NCBI GenBank assembly: GCA_009859145.1
Contig: VRVR01000051.1
Coordinates: forward strand, 126,549-190,548
Length of the DNA: 64,000 bases
Direction: 5' to 3'
Source: Andalucia godoyi And28
Lineage: Eukaryota > Protista > Jakobida
Position 1 is the stretch's first letter, and each line of letters begins with the position of its first letter. The notes beneath the pieces were generated by a model. It was not told the origin of the DNA. It was given only the letters and a program-made list of their open reading frames with translations, and searched no databases. The translations under genes and the position numbers were made by a program. Below are positions 1-10,118 of the stretch, piece after piece.

Positions 1-319
1 GCAGGCGCAGTTGCAAAAGCCCCACCGTCTTCCTGCCGCCTCTTCCTCTCGCATCTCCAGGTGCATCAATCGCTGCAACTGAGGACACGAAAGAGCGCCT
101 GCTGCTAGGACCGTCAGCATCAAAATGCACCCTTCTCAGGAACCACGTGTCATGCTGAGAAAGTGGCTCACCGATTGATCGAGATTGGGAACGGAGCGCG
201 GAGCATCTATCTGAAGAACGCCGTGAGACGTGTTGGAGCCGATCCCCTTCCCGGCAGCGGGATGCAAGATTGAATATGCATGTCTATTCGTAGATATGCA
301 TGTTACTGTATAATGTAGG
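1..319 (+). mobile_element. E1: internally deleted Fanzor2/TnpB-derived non-autonomous element (left part outside window)
   Basis: 1-167 is nearly identical to 12413-12577, and the 3' part matches the reverse complement of 33447-33700. An N-terminal remnant (IKMHPSQE..VMLRKWL) is fused at about 171-174 to the RuvC-III remnant IDRD-W(+1)-NGARSIYLKN. Ends in TAATGTAGG|CG. Confidence 0.85.
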
Positions 320-335
320 CGCACGAGTGCTGCAA
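174..335 (+). ncRNA. Candidate omega RNA (Fanzor guide scaffold plus flank-derived guide) of E1
   Basis: 5-bp hairpin at 249-262; 14-bp stem 273-286/291-304 (two G-U pairs) closed by a TTCG loop at 287-290; then AATGTAG end and unique flank. The 5' and 3' limits are inferred. Confidence 0.65.
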
Positions 336-533
336 CGCATATTTCCAAATTCGGAAAATTGCCGCTTCAATGTATTTTTGGAACCACTCGAACAACGTTT
401 CAAAAAAGAATCTCGAGCAACACATCTTCCGGAGCGCCGTCTCCTGGACAACGCGTTTTCTGCACAACTCCTTTCTTTTTCCTCCTCCCACTTTTCCTTC
501 GTCCTTGCTCCAAATCCAAGTAAGTACTGTCAA

Positions 534-1565
534 ATGCCGCATTACGTTCCAATCAGTCGAAGCTTCCACCTGAGCCGCGGCGAAGCCTACGCGCATGCAG
601 ATCGAGCGGTTTGTTCCTCCAGCGTCCAAGAACGACTTGAACCGCATCACATCCAAGTTACGGTGATGGGGACGATTCTGTTTCGGCCTTCAGGTTACTC
701 TGCAGAATCACATTTCGACGTTTCAAGTCGCCGTCGCCGCAGCACTGCCAACTCGCATGATCACTCTCTCGAAATGTTCACCAGCGTTGGATATCCACGC
801 AGTTTCCTTGAGCACCAAGTCTGCCGGCTTCTCATGTTTGTGGACTGTGTCGACGCGAAGCTCCAGCTGCTGACTGCCCCATGTTCTGCGGACCACTTGC
901 AGAGCCCGCATGAATCAATGCAAACTGCATTCAAGAATCAAGCTGGAATGAACGTCGGATTTTCAGAGGAGGACCACGTGTTTTCTGTTGTTGAGCGAGC
1001 ATCCCTCGTATCTAGTCACATTGGGGGCCTGCATATGGATGCTGAGCAGCCTTCTTCGTACAAGGAAGGCGTCGAAATCATCCATGTGTATGTGAAGGTC
1101 AGCGACAAACCGCTGGATTCATTTTTGCCGCTTTCTACAGAAGTTCATTCGTATGGGTCCTCTCTGTTGAGGAAGATCATCGGGACTTCTGGCGTCCTAG
1201 AGGAATCCGACAACGTGCAAGAAATTGTCCGAGTATATGGAAATGCGCAGATTCCACTTTTTCTTGATCGAACTTCCGGTCTCCCTTCCTATTTGAATGG
1301 ATTTACGTCCTCAAGAGCCCATGTTACAAGGCAAATTGTGCAACTGGTGCTGACTAGGTGCTCTGTGGCTTCGGTTGCGCAACTGCGGATGCTCCTTGCG
1401 TATGCCGGTGCAGCAGAAAAGGCGATTCTCGATCTCGAGTCGACACCGGAACAGAAGAAGAAGATCGACGAAGATGCTGAAGAGTGGGACGCGTGGTGTG
1501 CCCTAGAGGGAGTCGAAGACGTCATGCATGCGCCTGTCATCAGCGGTGCCAAGATTCTGCTTTAG
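534..1565 (+). CDS. Hypothetical protein (about 343 aa)
   Basis: Long ORF 300-1565. The first 78 codons start inside E1 and cross a pyrimidine-rich UTR-like tract, so ATG 534 is preferred. No recognisable motif. Confidence 0.55.
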   Translation: MPHYVPISRSFHLSRGEAYAHADRAVCSSSVQERLEPHHIQVTVMGTILFRPSGYSAESHFDVSSRRRRSTANSHDHSLEMFTSVGYPRSFLEHQVCRLLMFVDCVDAKLQLLTAPCSADHLQSPHESMQTAFKNQAGMNVGFSEEDHVFSVVERASLVSSHIGGLHMDAEQPSSYKEGVEIIHVYVKVSDKPLDSFLPLSTEVHSYGSSLLRKIIGTSGVLEESDNVQEIVRVYGNAQIPLFLDRTSGLPSYLNGFTSSRAHVTRQIVQLVLTRCSVASVAQLRMLLAYAGAAEKAILDLESTPEQKKKIDEDAEEWDAWCALEGVEDVMHAPVISGAKILL

Positions 1566-1785
1566 GGAGTTTATGTTTGTAAATTCTCGATTTTTTCCAG
1601 TTCGTGCATGCCTTTCATTTCGTGCAGTTTTCCGTTTCCTTTTGACTTGGAATACCTTGATGGTACAGTATTTGTCCTGTTTATTTCACTTGTACGCTGC
1701 ATTCTTTGGAAGTTCGGACATGGAGGAAGAGGGGAGCAGCAGGAGCAGGAGCAGGAGCAGGAGCCGGAGCAGGATGTTGGGTTCT

Positions 1786-2912
1786 TCAGTGCTCCTCTGT
1801 GCATCCTTCTCGAAAGATCGTCGTTTTCGGAGTCGATATAGCGGACACTAGAATGTCAACAGCAGAGCCACCAGGATAATGCTGCGTCACCACCTGCAAT
1901 CCAGAAATTAGAAATGCAAGATTGGTATCGATTACGCCGTCCACTGAAAAGTCTGCTGGATAACTGGACGTGCTGCTGCTATTCCAACAAGAAAGAGAGG
2001 AACGTTCGCCATTGCGAATATCCTGCAGAGCTCTTTTGAACTTCGTCTTCAAGACTGGTAGTTCAAGGACTGGAAGATTTCGTTCAAATAGTTCTCTGAG
2101 AAGAACTCTGTTTAGAGTTGCGGACAGTTCAAAATCGCTTACTGCAGAGCGCTCATCGACGTTTTGCACATGTTTTTGACTGTTGTTCAAAGAATTGCCT
2201 TCGTTAACGATGTCTCGTACAGAAAACGGATAGTCCATGGACGACATCTTTGATGTAATCGCGGAATCTGCAGTCATATTTTCGACGTCTTCGCAAGCTT
2301 CCTGCTGTCCGCTGTCATTTCCAGAGGACTTCAGGACTTGCAAACACTCAAAGGACTTTCGCAAAAGCCGCAACGCTTTATCTTGGTTTGCAAACACACG
2401 GCGAGAGCCACGGCCGGTTCTTGTGTCAACATGAAGCTCTTTCAAGCGCAGGAACTCCTTGACATCTGCAATCGTTTTGTTCACAAACGCATCCGCGTTG
2501 CACTCTCCAGTCGTGTCTGTCATGGAACGACGAGGCGACGCAAGCACGTGAGGAGGCACTTGCTGTATTGACCGATTAAAGAGAATGAATGAGTAAGATG
2601 ATCATAGTATGAAAGGGAAAAAAGAAAGAAAAGAAAAAAGGAAGGATTCACAGACGGAGTAACCGGTGGGTGGTATTTTGTGGCAGGACTGCTTCTTCTC
2701 TCTCGACGCTGGTTCCATAGAGCACAGAATCAAACCACGACCTTCCATTTATGCTGGATGTTGTCCTGAACATCTTTGTGGTGGGGGGGCATTCCGAGTC
2801 TCTTAACAAGCCGCACGTACCCCGGAATGTTCGGGAATTTCTGTTCAAGACGAAATGAGAAGAACTTGTCGGGCAATCCGATGTTCACGTTCTCGATTTG
2901 AACCAGTGCCAT
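1786..2912 (-). CDS. Hypothetical protein, possibly two exons (2742-2912, 1786-2562)
   Basis: 257-aa ORF 1786-2559 is preceded by a pyrimidine tract and CAG acceptor at 2563. A phase-0 GT donor at 2741 would join the 2912 ORF in frame (179-nt intron), but the donor GTCGTG is weak. Confidence 0.4.
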
Positions 2913-3216
2913 TGCACGCGTTGGAGCAGAAGATGTTTGGCGACTGTTGCCTGCGGAAACGACTTCCGTTCTTTAATGCTTCTAATTTCTATTTATTGAA
3001 ATGAAGTTGAAAATTGCATCCCAGCACCGCACTCTGCTAGCGGACATTGGCTGTTGCATTCAATGCCCTGTTCCGTGACATGTCGCGCGAGCTGTCACGA
3101 GTGCAAGGAGACCGGAAAACCAATTTTTGTTTTCCTGTGGCGAAGATCCACAACGACAGACAATCCTCCCACCAAACGAGGTCGACATGTGTCGATTCAG
3201 CGAACTTGCAACACCG

Positions 3217-3817
3217 CTGCCACTTATTGCGATATGATGACGCAATCTGAAGCGCACGCAAACAAAAACACTGCCACGCGCCGTGCGCATGCGTTCGCTA
3301 TCTTAACAACTCCGTCACACGATGCCCGATTCGTTTCGCCCCCATTTTGATCATGAAATTCCTGTATAAACACGCCGCCGCGCTGCATTCTCGCACAGCG
3401 ACGCTCATTTCTTATTTCTACTGTCCATGCAACGCACCATGTCCGTCACGCCCGCAACGCTGCGCAAGACCCATGTCAATCTCCACCGCCACCTTCCGGC
3501 GCTGGATCTGAAGCAAAACGGCGCGGCAGGTGTCGATTGTGACTTGTGACGGAGGAGTACGCGTCTAAAATGCACGGCCGTTGCCGGGAAATCCATCGCA
3601 AGTTGTATGGAAACAAGGTGGTGTTTTGTTGCCCATCGTGCAAATGCACGATCGACCGCGACTGGAACGGCGCGCGCAACATCTATTTTCGAAACGTCTC
3701 TCCTGCCGAAGGGCGTGTTGGGGCCTGCCCCCCTTCCAAATCATGCTATGCATGTTGGGTTGCAGCATTGATTATGGGTGATCAGCGATGATTATCCATG
3801 GTTCGTGTACAATGCAG
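3217..3817 (+). mobile_element. E2: internally deleted Fanzor2/TnpB-derived element
   Basis: 3546-3700 reads VTEEYASKMHGRCREIHRKLYGNKVVFCCPSCKCTIDRDWNGARNIYFRN (TnpB/Fanzor zinc ribbon plus RuvC-III). The left about 170 bp and right about 70 bp are shared with 51512-51765 (reverse complement). Starts after CCG, ends in CAATGCAG. Confidence 0.85.
3365..3370 (+). promoter_or_regulatory. TATAAA box in E2 left end (also kept in E5 at 51605-51610, minus strand)
   Basis: TATAAA about 60 nt upstream of the remnant ORF ATGs, conserved in both copies. Confidence 0.4.
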
Positions 3818-3835
3818 TGTGGTTGACACATAAAT
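3651..3835 (+). ncRNA. Candidate omega RNA of E2
   Basis: Hairpin at 3736-3758; 14-bp stem 3771-3784/3789-3802 with four G-U wobbles, capped by the GNRA loop GCGA at 3785-3788; CAATGCAG end. Confidence 0.65.
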
Positions 3836-4122
3836 GTAAATATAAGAGTGTTATCTATTCCACAACAAAACGAAAGAAGAAACACACACAAAATCACAAG
3901 TACAAACCCAAAGAGCGACGACAAACGGCTTCGCGTCTGTCTGACTACGGTAGGCGGTGGACAGCAGACGCACGCCACAGTAGGCGCACTTCCACTTCCT
4001 TCGTGAGGACGGGACCACAAAGGCCCAAAACGCTTGGGGAATACTTTGTTTGGTTTTCCATTTGAGACACGAACAAAGATGTGTTCGACAGTCGCCTTGT
4101 TGTAGAGAGGTGATGCTGATGA

Positions 4123-5457
4123 ATGTTAATGGGCACGATGTTTTCAGCGGAGAAATCACCTGTTCTCCTGGCTGGAGGAGTGTGCCGCCCACAAGAAACT
4201 CGGTCGATTTTGACGGATTTTCCAAGTCGGGGTTTCGTCTCCAAGTGGCTGCGTCGTTCGAAATGGATTCAGCATTGTGACCTTCTTCAAGCCATTCAAG
4301 GCCACCCGAGTCCTTGCAACTCGCTCGACCTCGATCCTTCTGGAAACTTACTGGCCTCTGGAGGAGATGATGGGGTTATGGCACTTCATCATGTTGACGA
4401 ATGGAAACCAAAGCTTCTCAGTGGATTCTTGTCTACCGCTGGTGGTGACGAACCTCACGTTGGCCATGTTCGATTTACTTGCGATGGGAAGCAGGTTGTG
4501 TCGTGTTCTGGAATAAATGGGTATGTCAGAACCCGGAGCGTCGAACAACAGTATTTGGAACTGAGCACTGTAATCTGCCGAGTTCCGGGTGTCGTCAATC
4601 GAATTTCCCCTAGCCCCCACAATCAAAATATTGTCGCAGCGGCCTCCGATTCCGGGTATGTAAATTTACTGGACATGCGCAGCAGTGAAGAAGGGGGATC
4701 ATTGACTGTTGTTCTGGCTTCGAGTGATCAATCACGCGAGTCTTTCGCAGTCTGCATGCATCCGCTGGAAGAGAACATCGTGGCGTACTCGAGCGCAGAT
4801 CGTGTTGAGCTCGTGGATGTACGGTTTCCGAGATCTCCCCGCTCATTCTTCGTGCGATCGTCAGTGCGTCAGGAATTTCCACAGCCAGTCGTTGTCGACC
4901 TTCGGTGGAACCGTAAAGGGTCGCTGTTAGCCGCTTCCTATCAGTACGACGATGTCTTCGTGTTCAGTGCGCAACTCGATGCATTAGACCCTGACGATGG
5001 TGCCACTGTTGGCTCACAACGTTGCGTGTGTCGCGGTGCAATTTCTTTGCTCACAATGAAGGATGTGTGTTTCGGTGGCTTTGCAGATGAGTACATTGTT
5101 TCCGGCTCTGAAGATGGTTCCATACTCTTCTGGGATTCTGAAAACGGCAACCCGGTTCATATCGTCTCCAAGTGCGACAGAAATGCCGTCAATTCCGTTG
5201 CATTTCACCCGCGTTTGCCACAGTTTTTTTCGTCCGGTGTCGATCCGACCATCAAAGTCTGGGGGCCGTCTTCCCTTGACAGTTTTCCAGATCGCCGAAA
5301 TGCAAGTGCTGGAGAGCCAGCGGGACAGTTTTTCAAATCGTCTGTCGAGGCTTCTGAGTTGACGAAACGGGACGCGGATCAAGTGGCTGCAGATATTGTC
5401 AGCTGGCGGCCCGAGAGGCACTGGAGATATTCTCGTTTTCAAGACGAGCATTCCTGA
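4123..5457 (+). CDS. WD40-repeat protein, DCAF5/WDR22-like
   Basis: GH...LASGGDDG, TMKDVCFGGFADEYIVSGSEDG, VNSVAFHPRLP...SSGVDPTIKVW repeats. Confidence 0.8.
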   Translation: MLMGTMFSAEKSPVLLAGGVCRPQETRSILTDFPSRGFVSKWLRRSKWIQHCDLLQAIQGHPSPCNSLDLDPSGNLLASGGDDGVMALHHVDEWKPKLLSGFLSTAGGDEPHVGHVRFTCDGKQVVSCSGINGYVRTRSVEQQYLELSTVICRVPGVVNRISPSPHNQNIVAAASDSGYVNLLDMRSSEEGGSLTVVLASSDQSRESFAVCMHPLEENIVAYSSADRVELVDVRFPRSPRSFFVRSSVRQEFPQPVVVDLRWNRKGSLLAASYQYDDVFVFSAQLDALDPDDGATVGSQRCVCRGAISLLTMKDVCFGGFADEYIVSGSEDGSILFWDSENGNPVHIVSKCDRNAVNSVAFHPRLPQFFSSGVDPTIKVWGPSSLDSFPDRRNASAGEPAGQFFKSSVEASELTKRDADQVAADIVSWRPERHWRYSRFQDEHS

Positions 5458-5554
5458 TTTTTAAAAAAAATTATTATGATAGTGTGAAGCATTCCCGCGA
5501 GTCTCCAACTGTACAGCATTCGCGGAGACGGTTTGCGTTTATGCCAACGCGTCT

Positions 5555-8500
5555 TCATCTCGACTTTTCCGCGGTTGGTCGTGGCTTTCTGTCCGCGAAG
5601 TATGAGATAACGGTTTTGTACAGCTTCTTCCGAATAGCCGCTGACGAGCGGCATACTCGACACGCAAAAACCCCTAGAAAACAACACTTAAGGTTCTTCT
5701 GAAAAGATGATACAACAAAGATCTTTTCCACAGCATACGATAGAATCATATGACCTGCTGCTATGAACAACAATTGTATCCGAAAATCGCGAGGAATGTC
5801 TTTGAGTTGCAGCAGACTCCTTGCGAAATCTGGAGGATGCAGCACCAGCAGTGTGTGGCTGCTAGCCAATGTCGCCATGGTCACAACAAACGGAATATTA
5901 GTAAATGCAGACAGACGATAAGGCTTGGACATTGAGAATGTCATTGCAGTAGCAAGATACTGAAAATTACCGACCAAGAACAACACAGTGTTTTCGTAAC
6001 AAAAAAAGTTAGAACCATCTGCGCTGGGGTCCAGCGGAACGAACCACGATTGCTCGCGCAGGTACAACAACGTTCCAAGTTGCGTTAGTGCAGCCAACAA
6101 AATCTGCGACACAACAGAAAACAACACACCAAACGACACTAGTGCAGCCGGGGGTCGCTTCGGAACCAGACCTTCGTACGCGCCCGTTCTGCCCATAAAT
6201 ACCACAACAGGAAGAATAGTTATAAGATCTGTGTACAGAAACTCAAAGTCTGACAGGTTCGAGTCCACAGAATATAGCAACATGACCGTAGAAAACTGAA
6301 TCATGGAATACAATGCCATGTACTTGAACACTTGGAAAATAGTGACAAGAGCCGCTCTGCCTTCACGCATCAGCGTAATGACCGAGTCAATTGATGGTTT
6401 TTTGGAAGTAAAAGACGCTGCAATCGATGCCTCTGCTTCAGATAGCGACAATCCAACATGGGCAGCCGTGAGAGCACACGAGTCATTGGCACCATCACCG
6501 CAAAAGCCAACCATGTAATTCAGCCTCTTCATAAGATATTCCACCAATCGTCCTTTTTGATCAGGCCCAAAACGGGCAAATACGGATCCGAGAGCGAGAA
6601 CAGACTGTAGTATATGTCTGGCATTCATATACTCGAGGGACACTGAATATTGTTCAGCGTCTCCACCACCACCACCACCACCACCTCCTCCTCCTTGTAG
6701 TTGAGGAGCGACTCCGCTTTCTTCGAATGCCTGCACGGAAGAAGCAATGGCATGAAATGCCTTTCCAGTGACTGCAAGAGAATAGTCCAGAGGAGCAGTG
6801 AACAGCTTGGCATTCCAATGAACAGTCGTGTCACAAGACCAGAAGGCTGCATCACCAGGGATTGACACTTTTTCCGATGTGCCATATTGGAATTCTCTGC
6901 TCAAGAAAGGGAAAATGGAAATGGGATTGAGAGGACGTTTTTGAGGATCGTCGACATCAATCCATTCAACCTCTCTCCAAGAAGCCGTCGCTTCTGAGCT
7001 GATGCCCGTCTTCAAATCCCCGAGCAGGACTCGTCGCTTGTGCCGCACAATACCGCACTTCCTCGCAACAGATACCGCAGTCAGTGCGTGATCACCGGTG
7101 ACCATAACACAGCGAACGCAGGCAGCGTCGAGATCCGCCAGCGCGGGAATGGTCTCCTCCTTCAGCTTGTTTTCCATCACAATGAGTCCAAGAAAGCGCA
7201 GGTCCGTCTCTGCAGCCTCGCGAGTCAACCTTTCAATCTTGTTGATGGATATAAAATGGAGTTTCTTGTACGCCATTGCAAGAACACGAAGCCCGGCTCG
7301 AGCATAACCGTCAAGGATCTCCGCCGCGTCTACTGGCACTGTCTCCGGATAGCAAAGAGGAAATATTCTCTCCGGAGAACCTTTGACATACACAACACAG
7401 CATTCAGACTGCGAAAGATCTCGGACAATGACAGACATCCTCGCTAGCTCGGCAGAAAAATCGAACCGCTTCAAAATTCCAATTTCGAATGGAAGATCCA
7501 CTCCACAATCTCCAGTTTGGTGGACGGAAACACTTCGGTCGATTCCAGGAGGACACACCACGGCACCAACCGACTTGTTTAAATCCTCTTCCAGTTTCCA
7601 TGCAATGACTTCGAACAAATGAGTCTCCAGCGGATCACCTACCAAGTGTTGAACGTGAGGCAACCGAGCCAAACCATGGCAGGAAGCGACCCCCTCCACA
7701 AAATGGCGCGGCAACAAAGACGGGGCAACTTGGACATCATATCCGAACTCATCCGAATCAATGGGCATACTGTCGCCAAAGCGACTTTTGTATTCCTGAA
7801 CAAAAAAGTTGTGCTCTACAGTAGCGCCTCGATAATAGGCGTTCGCTTGAAGCACTGCATTGAAATCTTCTCGAAGCAAGTCTGTACCAAACCGGAACTT
7901 TCCTGTTTGATCACGGGTGACAGGACGGAAGCATTTCAAATCCAGTGAATCAACAGTGAGGGTCCCTGTTTTGTCAAAAGCAAAAAGCGAGATCTTTCCA
8001 GCAACAATAACTCGAGGAGGAGAGACACAGAAGATATCGTGCTTCTTCAAACGATCAATCGCGAGTTCCGTCGCAATAGACAAAGCTATTGGTAACGAAG
8101 CCGGCACCACAACAGTGATAATGTCTGCAGAACGAAAGAAGATTTCCTCGGGAGGGACGCCGAAATGAACGAATGCGACAACAGATATACACAAACCAAT
8201 AACTGCAATGATTCCCATAACTCCGATGAACCGAAACGAATCGCGATAAAAGGAAAATTCATTCGGCTTCGGAAACAGAATAGAACGGACAAGCATCCCC
8301 TTCGCAGTTGAGAATCCAGTTCGGACAACCACTCCGTAGGCTTTGTCCAATCCAACTTGCCTGCCACCGAAAGTCTTTGAAGACAGCAGACGTGTTCCAG
8401 CATACAGAGAATATGGCTTGTAGATGTCTGGGTTGTATCCTTTTGCGGCTGATGCACCTGGCGAGGCCTTCGGAAGCGCCACCTTAACCACTGCAGTCGA

Positions 8501-9466
8501 TTCGCCCGTTAGCATGGACTCATTCACAACACACTGACCATCCAATAGACACACATCACAAGGAAGCGTCATTTCCGACACCCCTGCATCTTCTTCACTT
8601 GCAGAATTGTCTGGTGGACACAAAAACAATATGTCTCCCGGGACAAGATCATTGCTGGAAACGGTTGTGGCAACACCTTCGCGCAAAACGGAAACATTGC
8701 ATTCGAAACGGGCCATATCCTGCAGTTTCTTTAGATTCTTTCTCGTTTCCCACAATGTAGTTCCGATGGAGACAGCAGAGGTTACCAAAATTGCACAGGC
8801 ATACACAATATAGTCATCAATAATCCAAAAAGCAATCGCGAGCAACTGAAACACATAGAAAGGATGCAAGACTTCATCAATCAGCAACGCTGGAATGGAC
8901 TTCAATGGGACGTCTACGGAATTCAAACCAAAAGTAGACTTCCTGATCTCCACTTTTTGTTCTGTGAGTCCAAGAACGGACGATGAGCCAAAAACCTCGT
9001 GCATCTTTTCAAACGCGTAATTGATGTCCGACACAACTTGTACAAACGCACCGATCGTCTTGTCCCAGAAAAAGACTGTCTCTCGATACTTGATGAACAT
9101 GCGGGCATCTGGATGTTCATTGTATGCCCTCAAAGTAAGTCTTTCTCGCAAATCTCCGTATTGAATTGGAACGATTGTTCGCGAAGCATCTTTGCCAGTG
9201 ACAAACATGGCCTGAGCAGCTGAAACCGAGTCGCATCTTCGAAACCGTCCGGACACCGAAAAGGACGGAATCCATCTTGCGAACAGCAGCGAAATCCCGC
9301 ACGTGAGCACCGCAAGCAAATAAAAGAAGAATGCACGGAAGTGCGAATATTGCAAAAGGGAAACGGAAGAAATCGCAAGAGTCTCTTCATAATCTTGCAG
9401 AACTTGAATCAACGCGGGCTTGGAACTGCGCCGAAGAAGAGGCGCGGATTCAGCCTCTGAAGGCAT
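5555..9466 (-). CDS. P5B-type ATPase (ATP13A2-5-like, putative polyamine transporter)
   Basis: 1303-aa ORF with TGES, DKTGTLT, KGSPE, TGD, GDGAND and KYMALYSMIQF motifs and multiple TM segments. Confidence 0.93.
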   Translation of the reverse strand: MPSEAESAPLLRRSSKPALIQVLQDYEETLAISSVSLLQYSHFRAFFFYLLAVLTCGISLLFARWIPSFSVSGRFRRCDSVSAAQAMFVTGKDASRTIVPIQYGDLRERLTLRAYNEHPDARMFIKYRETVFFWDKTIGAFVQVVSDINYAFEKMHEVFGSSSVLGLTEQKVEIRKSTFGLNSVDVPLKSIPALLIDEVLHPFYVFQLLAIAFWIIDDYIVYACAILVTSAVSIGTTLWETRKNLKKLQDMARFECNVSVLREGVATTVSSNDLVPGDILFLCPPDNSASEEDAGVSEMTLPCDVCLLDGQCVVNESMLTGESTAVVKVALPKASPGASAAKGYNPDIYKPYSLYAGTRLLSSKTFGGRQVGLDKAYGVVVRTGFSTAKGMLVRSILFPKPNEFSFYRDSFRFIGVMGIIAVIGLCISVVAFVHFGVPPEEIFFRSADIITVVVPASLPIALSIATELAIDRLKKHDIFCVSPPRVIVAGKISLFAFDKTGTLTVDSLDLKCFRPVTRDQTGKFRFGTDLLREDFNAVLQANAYYRGATVEHNFFVQEYKSRFGDSMPIDSDEFGYDVQVAPSLLPRHFVEGVASCHGLARLPHVQHLVGDPLETHLFEVIAWKLEEDLNKSVGAVVCPPGIDRSVSVHQTGDCGVDLPFEIGILKRFDFSAELARMSVIVRDLSQSECCVVYVKGSPERIFPLCYPETVPVDAAEILDGYARAGLRVLAMAYKKLHFISINKIERLTREAAETDLRFLGLIVMENKLKEETIPALADLDAACVRCVMVTGDHALTAVSVARKCGIVRHKRRVLLGDLKTGISSEATASWREVEWIDVDDPQKRPLNPISIFPFLSREFQYGTSEKVSIPGDAAFWSCDTTVHWNAKLFTAPLDYSLAVTGKAFHAIASSVQAFEESGVAPQLQGGGGGGGGGGGDAEQYSVSLEYMNARHILQSVLALGSVFARFGPDQKGRLVEYLMKRLNYMVGFCGDGANDSCALTAAHVGLSLSEAEASIAASFTSKKPSIDSVITLMREGRAALVTIFQVFKYMALYSMIQFSTVMLLYSVDSNLSDFEFLYTDLITILPVVVFMGRTGAYEGLVPKRPPAALVSFGVLFSVVSQILLAALTQLGTLLYLREQSWFVPLDPSADGSNFFCYENTVLFLVGNFQYLATAMTFSMSKPYRLSAFTNIPFVVTMATLASSHTLLVLHPPDFARSLLQLKDIPRDFRIQLLFIAAGHMILSYAVEKIFVVSSFQKNLKCCFLGVFACRVCRSSAAIRKKLYKTVISYFADRKPRPTAEKSR

Positions 9467-10118
9467 CTTTCACACACTGCAGCGAAAGAAAAGAAAAAAG
9501 AAAAAAGAGAAAAAAGAAAAGAGAAAGGCCAGAAAATAAAGGGAAGCAAAAATTTAAATTTAAAAAAAAAAGGGTACTCCGAAACATTGAGGGAAGAGGT
9601 CCGTCCTGATTTGCGAATCCAAGCTGGAATTCCGTACAGCGAGGAAAGCGGTCAGGTCCCACAAAAGGAAATGTTCAGCGTCCTCAAACAGAAGGAAAAT
9701 TCTGCCGGTGTGCGTTTCGCACTTTGACCGCAATAAACTTTTGAACTGTTCTTTAATGTGTTTTATTTCGTTTCATCATCGTGGCAAGATGCTCTGAAAC
9801 CGGAACGTAGGGGTTTTTCCCCATCTAGTCTGCACGAACGATCGGAGAAGAAGTACAATATTTCAAACCAAGTGCTTTGGAAATTGGCCGCTTGCGAAAA
9901 GCAGCAGTGCATCCGCACTTCTTTTAACAAGCGACTCTACAAATTGCGCCCAGCTTTCGCGAGATTTCTGCGCGAACAAATATGCCGAAGGTTTGAGACG
10001 TCCATCATGGTGTGTTGTGGCCAACGTCGCATTGGATGCAAGGTTGCACATGGCGCGGGAGTATGGAATTTTGCAAAGACGCTCCTATATCGAGTTGAAA
10101 TGCAATAAAGAAATACAC

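Noticed and set aside
300-533. ORFs starting at ATGs inside E1 (300) and E3 (12819) run in frame into the downstream host genes, suggesting element-donated N-termini
   Set aside because: The intervening DNA is pyrimidine-rich and UTR-like, which is naturally stop-poor. Many other ORFs here extend upstream the same way, and LCAT has its own signal peptide at 13029.
9470-10118. Short ORFs between the P5 ATPase and the CCDC148-like gene (9758-10108 etc.)
   Set aside because: No motif, no clear frame preference; cannot be supported.
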